Counted from the stretch's first letter, positions 9,953-19,613 are shown. The stretch: DNA of 64,000 bases from an uncultured Erysipelotrichaceae bacterium (GCA_902801795.1 CADCJQ010000002.1:1925-65924), one strand, 5' to 3'. The notes: generated by a model from the letters alone, not told the origin. Numbers and translations: made by a program.

Positions 9953-11164
9953 ATGATTAATGAATTATGTAACTATATCAATTGTCTTTTTAAAAATATT
10001 ACTAATTATCAAGATGTAATAATTGGTACCAACAAAATAGAGGAGTTTTTATTAAAGAATAATATAAAATTAGATACGTCATTAGCTGTTAAATTATTTA
10101 GAGAAAATGATTGTTTATTAGAAGCTTTTGATTTACTTTATTATTCTTTTGAAGATAGTATTAAAGAAAATAAATTAGATAATATTTCATCTTGTTATAC
10201 ATTATTATTTTTACTAAGGACATATTGTATTTTAAATGAAATAATTGTTGATATAGATAATATTAATGAAATACATATATTAAGTCATGAAGAAGAAATT
10301 ATTTTGATTAAAAGAATAAAAAAAGGGGATAAAGTTGCTTTAGAATATTTTATTCAATGTAATATGCCATTAGTAAAAAGAGTAGCTAAAATGTTTAATA
10401 CTTTTAGAATGACATATGAGGATTTAATTCAAGAAGGTTGTTTAGGATTAATGAGAGCAATTAACTTATATGATGAGGATTTAGGAAATAAGTTTTCATC
10501 ATATGCAACGGCTTGGATTTATCAAAGTATATCAAGAGCAATAGATAATAAAGAAAGAATGATAACGCTTCCTGTTTATTTAGTAGAGAAAATGAAAAAA
10601 TATATTAATACTAAAGATTACTTGTTTTGGAAATTAAAAAGAGAACCCAGTGATGAAGAAGTAGCAGAAGCTATGAATATTGATGTTAACGAATTAAAAA
10701 AATTTAAATCCTATTTTAATGATGCTTTAAGTTTAGATAAATTATTAAATGAAGATGCCGATATTACCTTTGGTGATGTCATTGAAGATGATGAATATGA
10801 TTTAGAAGAAATCATTGTAAAAGAAGATTTAAAAGAAGCGTTAAAACGTTTTATTGAAAGTTGTCATTTTGATGAAATAGAATTAAAAATTTTACAACTT
10901 AGATATGGTTTTAATAGTGATAGGTGTTATACACGTGCTGAAGTTGCTAAGTTGTTAAATGTAAATCGAGAAAGTATAAGACAAAGGGAAATAAAAATAT
11001 TAAAGAAAATGTTAAAAAATCAAGATGTTGACAACTTTATTATTTATATGCAAGATCCTAAAACAGCTTTAGAAAATTTATTATATTTAAGAGATAATTA
11101 TGTAAATAGTACTAACTATACAAGAAATTTAGAAAAGGCATTAAAGAAAAAGAATATTCAGTAG
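9953..11164 (+). CDS. Second RpoD-like sigma-70 paralog
   Basis: EDLIQEGCLGLMRAINLYD...FSSYATAWIYQSISRAI...ITLPVYL and region 4 VNRESIRQREIKILKKM. The N-terminal domain is paralogous to that of the preceding gene. ATG 9953 follows AAGGGGGA. Confidence 0.75.
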   Translation: MINELCNYINCLFKNITNYQDVIIGTNKIEEFLLKNNIKLDTSLAVKLFRENDCLLEAFDLLYYSFEDSIKENKLDNISSCYTLLFLLRTYCILNEIIVDIDNINEIHILSHEEEIILIKRIKKGDKVALEYFIQCNMPLVKRVAKMFNTFRMTYEDLIQEGCLGLMRAINLYDEDLGNKFSSYATAWIYQSISRAIDNKERMITLPVYLVEKMKKYINTKDYLFWKLKREPSDEEVAEAMNIDVNELKKFKSYFNDALSLDKLLNEDADITFGDVIEDDEYDLEEIIVKEDLKEALKRFIESCHFDEIELKILQLRYGFNSDRCYTRAEVAKLLNVNRESIRQREIKILKKMLKNQDVDNFIIYMQDPKTALENLLYLRDNYVNSTNYTRNLEKALKKKNIQ

Positions 11165-11177
11165 TGAATATCTTTTT

Positions 11178-11975
11178 TTATCCTAATAGAACATCAAGAA
11201 CCATCATAATAACAAAGCCAATTAAAGTAAACATTGATATTAGACCTTTATTTTTATTAGTTTGGCATTCTGGTATTAGTTCTTCAGCAACAACGTAAAT
11301 CATGGCACCAGCAGCGAATGCTAAGAAAAAAGGGAGAATAATTCTAACTTTAAGAACAAGTAGAGCGCCTATAATACCAGCGATAGGCTCAACTAAACCA
11401 CTTAATTGTCCATAAAAAAAGGCTTTATTACGACTCATTCCTTCACGTCTTAAGGGAACGCTTACAGCAACTCCTTCTGGAAAATTTTGGATGGCAATAC
11501 CAATAGCTAAGCCAATAGCACTCATGATAGTTGCGCCATCAATATTATATAAAACACTACCAAATGCCACACCAACTGCTAATCCCTCAGGGATATTATG
11601 TAAGGTTATTGATGATATAAGCATAAAGCATCTTCTTCGTTTATCAGAAATGGTTTTATTTTTTTTGGTAAATATTTTATCTATTAGAACAATTAATAAT
11701 CCACCACTAAGAAAACCAATTGAAGGGGCTAGTACTTTATTCATTCCAAGAGAAATAGCCATTTCAATAGAAGGGGAAAGCAGTGACCAGAATGAAGCGG
11801 CAATCATTACTCCGGCTGATATACTTAACATACAATCTAAAATATTTTTATTTACTTTCTTGAAAAAATAGACAATTGCGGATCCTAAAAGCGTTACAAA
11901 CCATGTTCCTAAAGTAGCGAGTAAAGCCATAAAAATAGGGGACATGGAATAGACATTATCCATAAACTTCACCAT
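11178..11975 (-). CDS. ZIP-family divalent metal (zinc) transporter
   Basis: 265 aa, multi-TM. HNIPEGLAVG and QNFPEGVAV are ZupT/ZIP-type signatures. Confidence 0.8.
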   Translation of the reverse strand: MVKFMDNVYSMSPIFMALLATLGTWFVTLLGSAIVYFFKKVNKNILDCMLSISAGVMIAASFWSLLSPSIEMAISLGMNKVLAPSIGFLSGGLLIVLIDKIFTKKNKTISDKRRRCFMLISSITLHNIPEGLAVGVAFGSVLYNIDGATIMSAIGLAIGIAIQNFPEGVAVSVPLRREGMSRNKAFFYGQLSGLVEPIAGIIGALLVLKVRIILPFFLAFAAGAMIYVVAEELIPECQTNKNKGLISMFTLIGFVIMMVLDVLLG

Positions 11976-12010
11976 TGATATCTTATGGTATTAAATATTT
12001 ATCGTATAGG

Positions 12011-12916
12011 CTATTTTAGTGGTAATCCTGAAGAATAGGAATTATTTCCAATTAATTTTTTTAAATCAATTTTTTTATTTTCAAAAATATAACAATATAA
12101 TTCATTAATAATAAAACTAGCTTTTTGGGTAACTTCTTCATATAAATCTAGATAACTTTTATTAGAACTAATATTATTACTTTCATTAATCCATTTATGA
12201 TGGTTTAAATTTAAGATTATTTCGTCCATATCAAGAGGAAAATGATATGATAAATATTTAACTCTTCTAATTGGTAAGGGATTTAAATCAATTAGACTAT
12301 ATAATTTCTTTTTAATACCCAATTTATCATATCTAACGTATTGATAGACAAATTTCATTTCTTTTAAAGAGCGATAATATTTATTTCCCATACCTTCGTA
12401 ATTAAAGAAATTTTTAGTTATTTTTTCAATTTCGTCTTTAATAATTTTTTCTTCAGTATAATTAAATAATAGTTTGGAATGATTATGTTTTTGATAGTTA
12501 TTAGTAACATATTTATTTATAAAATAATTGTCTATATATGTTTCAATGATAAAATGTCCATCTCTTTTAAAATAATTGTGTGAATTATAATCAATGAATG
12601 GATGCATAATGGAATCTGCTTGATAATGAATTATTAACCCAGATATAAAAGTAAATAATTCTAGATCTTGATTTTTTTTATTATCATTAATTAGTTGTTC
12701 AAAATAATTATAGACATTTTCTAAATGAAAGCGATGACCTAATTTTTGAATTTTATTTTCTCTTAATAGAAAGATATGATAAAAATATAGGACATCCATA
12801 TTTTGACAATATATTTTAAAATTATTAATTCTTTCTTCGATAATCATTTTGGGTTTTATATTTAATTTTTTTAATGTATCGACTCCTAAATAGAAATGAG
12901 TTATTGTACTTGGCAT
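12011..12916 (-). CDS. Zinc-dependent phospholipase-C-like family protein (function unknown)
   Basis: 301 aa. MPSTITHFYLG N-terminus and His-rich motifs (HRFH, HYQADSIMHPF). Co-directional with, and immediately upstream of, the ZIP transporter. Confidence 0.45.
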   Translation of the reverse strand: MPSTITHFYLGVDTLKKLNIKPKMIIEERINNFKIYCQNMDVLYFYHIFLLRENKIQKLGHRFHLENVYNYFEQLINDNKKNQDLELFTFISGLIIHYQADSIMHPFIDYNSHNYFKRDGHFIIETYIDNYFINKYVTNNYQKHNHSKLLFNYTEEKIIKDEIEKITKNFFNYEGMGNKYYRSLKEMKFVYQYVRYDKLGIKKKLYSLIDLNPLPIRRVKYLSYHFPLDMDEIILNLNHHKWINESNNISSNKSYLDLYEEVTQKASFIINELYCYIFENKKIDLKKLIGNNSYSSGLPLK

Positions 12917-13020
12917 AAAAATCCTTCTTTCTTAATACATTTTATCATAAGTAATAAAATTTATACTAAATTTTCACAAAAAAATCACACATAAGTAGTG
13001 AATTTGTGTTATACTAGTAT

Positions 13021-14013
13021 ATGGTAAGTGAGAGGATAGTGGATAAAATGGGTGTTAATAAGGATTTTAAGAACTTAGAAGAACAAGTAGAGATCTTAAG
13101 AAATAAAGGTTTAACTGTTGAAAATCCTAATTATGCCATGGAAGTTTTGTTTAGAGAGAATTATTTCTTTTTAAATGGCTATCGTCACTTATTTATGAAA
13201 AGTTCTACTAATAGAACATATATTCCTGGAACAACTTTTGAAGAGTTGTATAGTTTGTTTCTATTTGATAGAGCCTTTCGTAATATTCTATTTAAGAATA
13301 TCTTAAATATAGAGAATAATTTAAAATCAATCATAAGTTATCATTTATCACTTAGATATGGTTATCACGAGAAAGATTATTTAAATTATCGTAATTTTAC
13401 GAATAATCCAGAGAGGTCAAGACAAGTAAGTGATGTTGTTAAAAAAATGAAAAGACAAATTAAATCTAATGCAGCATCGCATTCGGCAACTATGCACTAT
13501 GTTAATAGTTATGGTTATGTTCCTTTATGGGTTTTAGTTAAAGTTTTGTCTTTTGGAATAATTGGTGAACTGTATTCTATATTAAAAAAAGAAGATCAAA
13601 TAAGTATTGCGGACGTTTATGATTTAGATAGTGATACTCTGGGTAATTATATTGTTTTGTTATCAAATTATCGTAATTTATGTGCTCATGAAGATATTGT
13701 CTTTGAAAATCATACTCAAAGACAAATTGCAGATACGAAGATTCATCGTCAACTAAAAATACCAATTACAAATGATGAGTATATTTACGGTAAAAATGAT
13801 GTCTTTGCTTTAATCATTGTTATTAAGCAAATGTTATTATATGATGAATTTAAAAATATGATGTTAGAATTTAAACATATATTAGATAACTTAGAAATGA
13901 ATGTTAGAAGTATTCCTATAACTAAAGTTCTTGATAGAATGGGATTTCCAGATAACTGGGAAGAAATAATAGAATTAAATAAAAATGAAAAGAAGGTGTT
14001 TTATGAAAAATAA
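13021..14013 (+). CDS. Abi_2 (AbiD/AbiF-like) abortive-infection family protein
   Basis: The N-terminus EEQVEILRNKGLTVEN...NYFFLNGY and the YRNLCAHED motif fit the AbiD/F-type family. Alternative start at ATG 13048. Confidence 0.65.
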   Translation: MVSERIVDKMGVNKDFKNLEEQVEILRNKGLTVENPNYAMEVLFRENYFFLNGYRHLFMKSSTNRTYIPGTTFEELYSLFLFDRAFRNILFKNILNIENNLKSIISYHLSLRYGYHEKDYLNYRNFTNNPERSRQVSDVVKKMKRQIKSNAASHSATMHYVNSYGYVPLWVLVKVLSFGIIGELYSILKKEDQISIADVYDLDSDTLGNYIVLLSNYRNLCAHEDIVFENHTQRQIADTKIHRQLKIPITNDEYIYGKNDVFALIIVIKQMLLYDEFKNMMLEFKHILDNLEMNVRSIPITKVLDRMGFPDNWEEIIELNKNEKKVFYEK

Positions 14014-15160
14014 GATTAGTTTTGGAATTATGATGATGTTTTCTTTTGTTTTAGGTGGTTTGTGCATGTATTATTTTAGTTATACCCATCGAATTGTGGT
14101 AACAGAAAATAATAGTGGTATTTCAGCAAGTGCTAGTACTAATGCTAATTTGGGTGATAAAGGAGTAACTCAAACAACTTGTAAGAATTGTAATAATACC
14201 GTAATTGTTGATAATGGTAATTTATCATCTGCTATTGAAAAAGCATTTAATGCGGCAGTAATGGTTAAGAATTTTAAAAACAATACAGTAGCAGGAAGTG
14301 GTTCAGGATTTATTTATAAACTAGATGATAAATATGCTTATATTATGACAAATCATCATGTTGTAAGTGGTGGTAATAAGTGGACAATTATTACTAATAC
14401 TGATGAGGAAATAGAAGGAAAAGTATTAGGAAGCGATGAATATCTTGATTTAGCGGTTATTCGTGTTGATAAAAAAAGTTATATGAGTGCTGCCACTATT
14501 GGTAATGATAGTAATATAAAACTTGGTGATACGGTATTTACTATTGGTTCACCAGTTGGTTATGAATATCGTGGAACTGTCACAAATGGTATTATTTCAG
14601 GACTTAATCGTCTTGTAGAAGTATCTGTAAACTCTGTTAATATTGATTGGGTTATGGAAGTAATACAAACAAATGCTGCTGTTAATCCAGGAAATTCTGG
14701 TGGCCCATTAATTAATGCAAATGGTGAAGTTATTGGAGTTATTTCCATGAAATTTGTTAAAGATTCCATTGAAGGTATGGGATTTGCTATTCCAATAGAT
14801 TACGCAACAAGTTATCTTGAGTATCTTGAAAATGGTAAAAAAATAGAAAGACCTTTACTTGGTACTTCAATGATAAATATATCAGAAAGTTATACATTAT
14901 GGCGTAATGGTATTATGGTTCCTGAAGGAATTGACGAAGGTGTTGTTATAGCAGCTGTTGAACCTAATACAGGAGCTGATAAAGCTGGTTTACAAAAAGG
15001 TGATATTATTTTAGAAATTGATGGAAGTAAAGCCAAAAATTCAGCATATTTAAAATATTTATTATTTAAACATAAACCAGGGGATACTGTAAAAATTACA
15101 TATTCTCGTGATAATAAAATTAAAACAGCAACTATTAAATTAACCAAAAATGAAAATTAA
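14003..15160 (+). CDS. htrA: HtrA/DegP-type serine protease with a PDZ domain, membrane anchored
   Basis: N-terminal TM, catalytic TNHHV...DLAV...GNSGGPL and a C-terminal PDZ (GLQKGDIILEIDG). ATG 14003 (GAAGGTG upstream) overlaps the Abi stop by 11 nt. Confidence 0.85.
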   Translation: MKNKISFGIMMMFSFVLGGLCMYYFSYTHRIVVTENNSGISASASTNANLGDKGVTQTTCKNCNNTVIVDNGNLSSAIEKAFNAAVMVKNFKNNTVAGSGSGFIYKLDDKYAYIMTNHHVVSGGNKWTIITNTDEEIEGKVLGSDEYLDLAVIRVDKKSYMSAATIGNDSNIKLGDTVFTIGSPVGYEYRGTVTNGIISGLNRLVEVSVNSVNIDWVMEVIQTNAAVNPGNSGGPLINANGEVIGVISMKFVKDSIEGMGFAIPIDYATSYLEYLENGKKIERPLLGTSMINISESYTLWRNGIMVPEGIDEGVVIAAVEPNTGADKAGLQKGDIILEIDGSKAKNSAYLKYLLFKHKPGDTVKITYSRDNKIKTATIKLTKNEN

Positions 15161-15373
15161 AAAAAGAGATGTTAATAAATTAAGAAATTAATTTTGAGAC
15201 ATCTTTTTTATTTCTTCACTTGCTTTTATCATGCTATTATATTTTTTATATTTTCGATTATATCAATTGTTTTCATTAGGATATTACTTTCATATTTAAA
15301 ATATTATGAATGTTTAGATTGAACAATATTTGTTTTGATACTATTTGATGTAAGGTGTTAAATAATTTTAAAA

Positions 15374-15404
15374 GGCTATTAACAGTCATTATTTGTTAAT
15401 AGCC
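15374..15404 (-). terminator. Terminator for the minus-strand ABC-2 operon
   Basis: Perfect 11-bp inverted repeat ggctattaaca / tgttaatagcc. A short U-run follows on the minus strand. Confidence 0.55.
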
Positions 15405-15432
15405 TAAATTATAATAATAAATTAAAATATTT

Positions 15433-16656
15433 TTATTTTTGCTTATACATCGTAATAATATTTTTTATATTTAATTTGGTACCATAATTAATAATTGCAT
15501 TAGAATATATTTTAATAGTTACTTTTGCAATAATTATAATAGTAGCGATAAGTATAATAATTGATAAAATAATATCTTTTGTTGTAGCAATACCCATCAT
15601 AATACGCATTGGCATACAAAATGGTGATGATATTGGTACAAGAGACGCTATAGTACCTAAATTACTAGTTGGATTCATCATTGTAAAATAAGCAAGATAA
15701 AATCCTATTAAAGATATCATTACAACAGGGGAATTAGCGGATTGAATATCTTCTGGTTTACTAATTGTTGAACCAGTAAGGGCATATAAAAGAGCAAAAG
15801 TAAAGTATCCTAAAATAAAATATAAAAGGGTAATTATTACTAAGAAAATTGTTAGAGAAGAAACATCTAATATTTGTTCTAATAGTAATGGGTCAAGGAA
15901 TGCTTTAGCACTTAATAAAGCGGTTATAATAATTAGTAATAATTGCATTAAACCAGTAAGTCCTATACCTAATGTTTTTCCAAGAACGATATTTTTAGGA
16001 CTAGTAGATGTAACTAAAGTTTCAATAATTTTAGATGTTTTTTCTGTTGTAATAGAACTAGATACTTGATAAGCACAGAAGTATACAGCATAAAATAATA
16101 GCATTGATAATATCATCATAACCAATGTATTACCTTTAGCTTCTTCATCAGATTGAATAAATTCTGTTTTGAAAACACTATTAATATTATTTTTTTCTTC
16201 TTGCGATATATTTAATTTATCTATTTGAATATTTTTATATAAAGTATTTAATGTTTCATTCATCATATAATTATCTTGAAAGAAATATAGGTTTTCTACA
16301 ATATATGTTAATTTAATTTCATTATTTGATTTTTCTACTAAAATACCTAAGCTTACTTCATCATCATTTATTTTCTTTTTTAAAGTATCAAGGTTATCTT
16401 GTGAAACAATTATTTCATAATCATTTGATGGATTATTTAGTGAATCCAATTGATTTTCAAATACATTATAAATATCACTAATTAATATTTTTTCTTTTCC
16501 TTCACTTTTATTAAATGATTTAATAATTTTTGGAATATTAAAACCAATAATAATCATTAAAAGAATAATAATAGTTGCAATAATAAAAGATTTTCTTTTT
16601 AACATATCTTTCATGGTAAATTTTGTAACAATTAATAAATCATTCATTTTCTTCAC
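15433..16656 (-). CDS. ABC-2 type transporter permease (NatB-like)
   Basis: 407 aa. One N-terminal TM, a large external loop and a C-terminal 5-TM bundle. Overlaps the upstream ATPase gene. Confidence 0.7.
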   Translation of the reverse strand: MKKMNDLLIVTKFTMKDMLKRKSFIIATIIILLMIIIGFNIPKIIKSFNKSEGKEKILISDIYNVFENQLDSLNNPSNDYEIIVSQDNLDTLKKKINDDEVSLGILVEKSNNEIKLTYIVENLYFFQDNYMMNETLNTLYKNIQIDKLNISQEEKNNINSVFKTEFIQSDEEAKGNTLVMMILSMLLFYAVYFCAYQVSSSITTEKTSKIIETLVTSTSPKNIVLGKTLGIGLTGLMQLLLIIITALLSAKAFLDPLLLEQILDVSSLTIFLVIITLLYFILGYFTFALLYALTGSTISKPEDIQSANSPVVMISLIGFYLAYFTMMNPTSNLGTIASLVPISSPFCMPMRIMMGIATTKDIILSIIILIATIIIIAKVTIKIYSNAIINYGTKLNIKNIITMYKQK

Positions 16657-17539
16657 CGACTTTCTCTATAAATATATCATGAAGAGTTGGTTTTAATATT
16701 TCAAATTTGTTAACCAGTATTTTATTTTTAATTATTTTATTTAATAATTTATGAGCATCATCTTCATTAGTTATTTTAATAATATAGTAGTTATCATGAT
16801 TATTTTCAATAATTAAGTTTTCTTCATTAATAATATTTTTGATATTATCATTGGTTTCTATAATAACTCTTGTTGCTGGATAGTTATTTCTAATATCATT
16901 TAGATTACCTTGAAGAACCGTTTTTCCTTTATTTAATATTATAACATCAGTACAAAATTCTTCTATTGTATGCATTTCATGAGCTGACATAATAATATAT
17001 TTTTTTTGATTTACTAAATCAATAATAACTTTTTTTAGAATATCAGTATTTACAGGATCAAGGCCAGAGAATGGTTCATCTAAAACAATTAAATCAGGAT
17101 TATGAATAACTGAAGTCATAAACTGAATTTTCTGTTGATTTCCTTTGGATAATTTTTCAGCAGTCATGTCAAGATATTCTTCGACTTTTAATATTTTAGC
17201 CCATTTTTTGATTGCTTTAATGCTTTCTTCTTTCTTCATTCCTTTTAGTTCTGCAAAATAAAGTAGTTGATCCATTATTTTGACTTTAGGATAAACGCCT
17301 CGCTCTTCAGGTAGATAGCCAAAATTAACACTTTTTCTTGTTACCTCATTATTATTCCATAATATTTTACCATTATCTTTTTTTAATATTCCCAGTATCA
17401 TACGAATTGTTGTTGTTTTACCAGCACCATTAGTACCAAGTAAACCAAATACCATTGGTTTATCAACATTAATGGAAATATTATCAACAACTTTTTTTCT
17501 TCCATACGACTTGGATACATTTTCGATTATTAGTCCCAT
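16640..17539 (-). CDS. ABC transporter ATP-binding protein (NatA-like)
   Basis: Walker A GTNGAGKTT, signature LSKGNQQK, Walker B LIVLDEPFSGLD. Confidence 0.9.
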   Translation of the reverse strand: MGLIIENVSKSYGRKKVVDNISINVDKPMVFGLLGTNGAGKTTTIRMILGILKKDNGKILWNNNEVTRKSVNFGYLPEERGVYPKVKIMDQLLYFAELKGMKKEESIKAIKKWAKILKVEEYLDMTAEKLSKGNQQKIQFMTSVIHNPDLIVLDEPFSGLDPVNTDILKKVIIDLVNQKKYIIMSAHEMHTIEEFCTDVIILNKGKTVLQGNLNDIRNNYPATRVIIETNDNIKNIINEENLIIENNHDNYYIIKITNEDDAHKLLNKIIKNKILVNKFEILKPTLHDIFIEKVGEENE

Positions 17540-17697
17540 TTCATCACCTCTATCTTTTTGACTAACAGAATTATTATAGCATTACTAGTAATATGTATCA
17601 AGTGAATAATTAATTATAATATTAATTAAAAAAATGTAAAAAAACATCTTGTTCTTTTTGATGATATTGTGTATAATCATTTTATAAGGTAGGAAAT

Positions 17698-19599
17698 ATG
17701 AGTAAGAAGAATGTAATTATTTTAAGTGTGATATTTTTAGTTATGGTAATGATAGGTTCTTTGTTGTTTTTTAATAATGTGTTTATGAGAAATGATACTA
17801 GATTGAACAATGAAATACAATTAGGTGATAGAGAATGTGTAAGTAACTCAGATTGTGGTTCCGGGAAAAAATGTAAAGCTGGAAAATGTGAAGTTGATTC
17901 TTCATATTCAGGTGGAACAGAGTGTGGTACACATTCTGATTGTGGTAGTGGAAAAAAGTGTTATCAAGGTAAATGTATTATACCTTCTGAAAATACAAGT
18001 GATCCAAATGCATGTAAAAGTAATGTACCTAATTGTGATAGATGTGTTTCATATGATACAAGTTTGTGCGCTGTTTGTGTTACGGGGTATACTTTGAAAA
18101 ATAGCATGTGTTTAAGAAATGGAGATCCAACGGCAACGCCAATTCCAACTCCATCAAATACACCTGCAGTAACTCCAAGTTCTAATCCGACAAATACAGC
18201 AAATCCAACACCAAGTTCAACGAATACTCCTGGAGCAACAGCTAATGCTATTCCTAATGTTTGCTGTTATATTAGTGGAAGTTATGCAATAGTGCCAAAA
18301 AATGCATGTGATAATTTAGGAACAGATGTTTCTTCTAGTAATCCAAAATGTATTGTTCCAACAACTTCAGCATCAGCACAGCCAACGCCAACTCCTCCAA
18401 CATCACAAAATGATGATTTTGTTTGTTGTCATATTTCTAATAGTTATGCAATAATTAAGAAAAGTGGATGTAATCATTTAGGAAAAGAAGTTCCTTTTAG
18501 TAATCCGAATTGTAGTGGTTTATCTACTCCATCAGTTCAACCAACTGTGACAACTACTCCACCACCAATATCTAAAGAAGAAGTATGTTGTGATTGTGGT
18601 AATACCTTAGGATCAGCTTTAAGGTATTCTAAAAGAACTAGAGAAGAATGTGAAGGCTTAAGTCCTAATTGTTCAATTACTCAAGATTATACAAAGTGTG
18701 GTATGGAAAAACCAAATGAAACTGAGTATTGTTTTTATAAGACAAATTCTTTAGGTGCACAAATATATTGTTACGGTACTAAAACTGTATGTTCAGGATT
18801 TAGTGAAAATGATATAATAGACATATCAAAAGAAAATTGTAATGCTAGTTATTCATCAAAAAATCCATTTTCTACACCTAATGGTAATGATTCTGGAGAA
18901 AAAGAGTGTAAAAATAATGAAGATTGTGAAAATGGCTGGTGTAAAGCAGTTTTTGATTTGGCAGGTTTACATTATACAGGTAAAAATATATGTGTTCCAT
19001 TTAATAAACCAGTTGCTCAAGAAAGTTCAACAGGATGTTGTTATCCTGTTTCTGGAGATAAATATGTTTATAGTGATGATAGTAAATCAGTATCTCAGTG
19101 TGACTCTCTTGGTGGTTCAAAAGATAAGAGTGCAGAAGAATGCTTAGCGCAGAGTAAATATTGTTATTATAAAAATAATAGTGATGGTACTAAGGAATAT
19201 TGTTATGGAACGTCTTCTGATTGTCAAGGTTTTAGCGAAAAAGACTTAAATAGAACAAAATGGATATGTGATGATACTACTACTCAATTTTATATGTATT
19301 CTGAAAATACTACCTACAGTTCTAGTGTACCTGATGATTGTCAATATGTTGAAGGCATTTTAGTATCACCAGAGGCAAGTGAAAATTCATCTAATAAATT
19401 ATGTCAATATAATGCTTTAGATGATACTTCAAAATGTGATGGAAGTGATTCATGTTATCGTGTTGTTGAATATGTTAAAGAAAAGCATGAAACAAATGAT
19501 AATAAAAATTTGAAAATAGCAATATTTATTGCTTTATCAGGAATAATTGTTGCATCCGTTGTATATGCATATGTTACTTATGTAAGAAGAAAAAAATAG
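17698..19599 (+). CDS. Cysteine-rich surface protein with an N-terminal hydrophobic segment and a C-terminal TM anchor (distant member of the 50-57 kb family)
   Basis: 633 aa. Starts MSKKNVIILSVIFLVMVMIGSLLFF followed by NNEIQLGD. Contains duplicated SDCGSGKKC modules, CC-containing modules, Pro/Thr linkers and two YC[FY]YK..YCYG..C.GFSE modules. C-terminal TM plus RRKK. Confidence 0.7.
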   Translation: MSKKNVIILSVIFLVMVMIGSLLFFNNVFMRNDTRLNNEIQLGDRECVSNSDCGSGKKCKAGKCEVDSSYSGGTECGTHSDCGSGKKCYQGKCIIPSENTSDPNACKSNVPNCDRCVSYDTSLCAVCVTGYTLKNSMCLRNGDPTATPIPTPSNTPAVTPSSNPTNTANPTPSSTNTPGATANAIPNVCCYISGSYAIVPKNACDNLGTDVSSSNPKCIVPTTSASAQPTPTPPTSQNDDFVCCHISNSYAIIKKSGCNHLGKEVPFSNPNCSGLSTPSVQPTVTTTPPPISKEEVCCDCGNTLGSALRYSKRTREECEGLSPNCSITQDYTKCGMEKPNETEYCFYKTNSLGAQIYCYGTKTVCSGFSENDIIDISKENCNASYSSKNPFSTPNGNDSGEKECKNNEDCENGWCKAVFDLAGLHYTGKNICVPFNKPVAQESSTGCCYPVSGDKYVYSDDSKSVSQCDSLGGSKDKSAEECLAQSKYCYYKNNSDGTKEYCYGTSSDCQGFSEKDLNRTKWICDDTTTQFYMYSENTTYSSSVPDDCQYVEGILVSPEASENSSNKLCQYNALDDTSKCDGSDSCYRVVEYVKEKHETNDNKNLKIAIFIALSGIIVASVVYAYVTYVRRKK

Positions 19600-19613
19600 T
19601 GAAATATTAATAA

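Noticed and set aside
17855-19147. Alternative-frame same-strand ORFs inside the Cys-rich genes (17855-18097, 18842-19147, 50476-50685, 50917-51123, 51844-52077, 56224-56409).
   Set aside because: They are fully embedded in longer ORFs that have clear domain structure. Their products are low-complexity Ile/Val/Lys/Met strings with no RBS, which is typical of frame artefacts.
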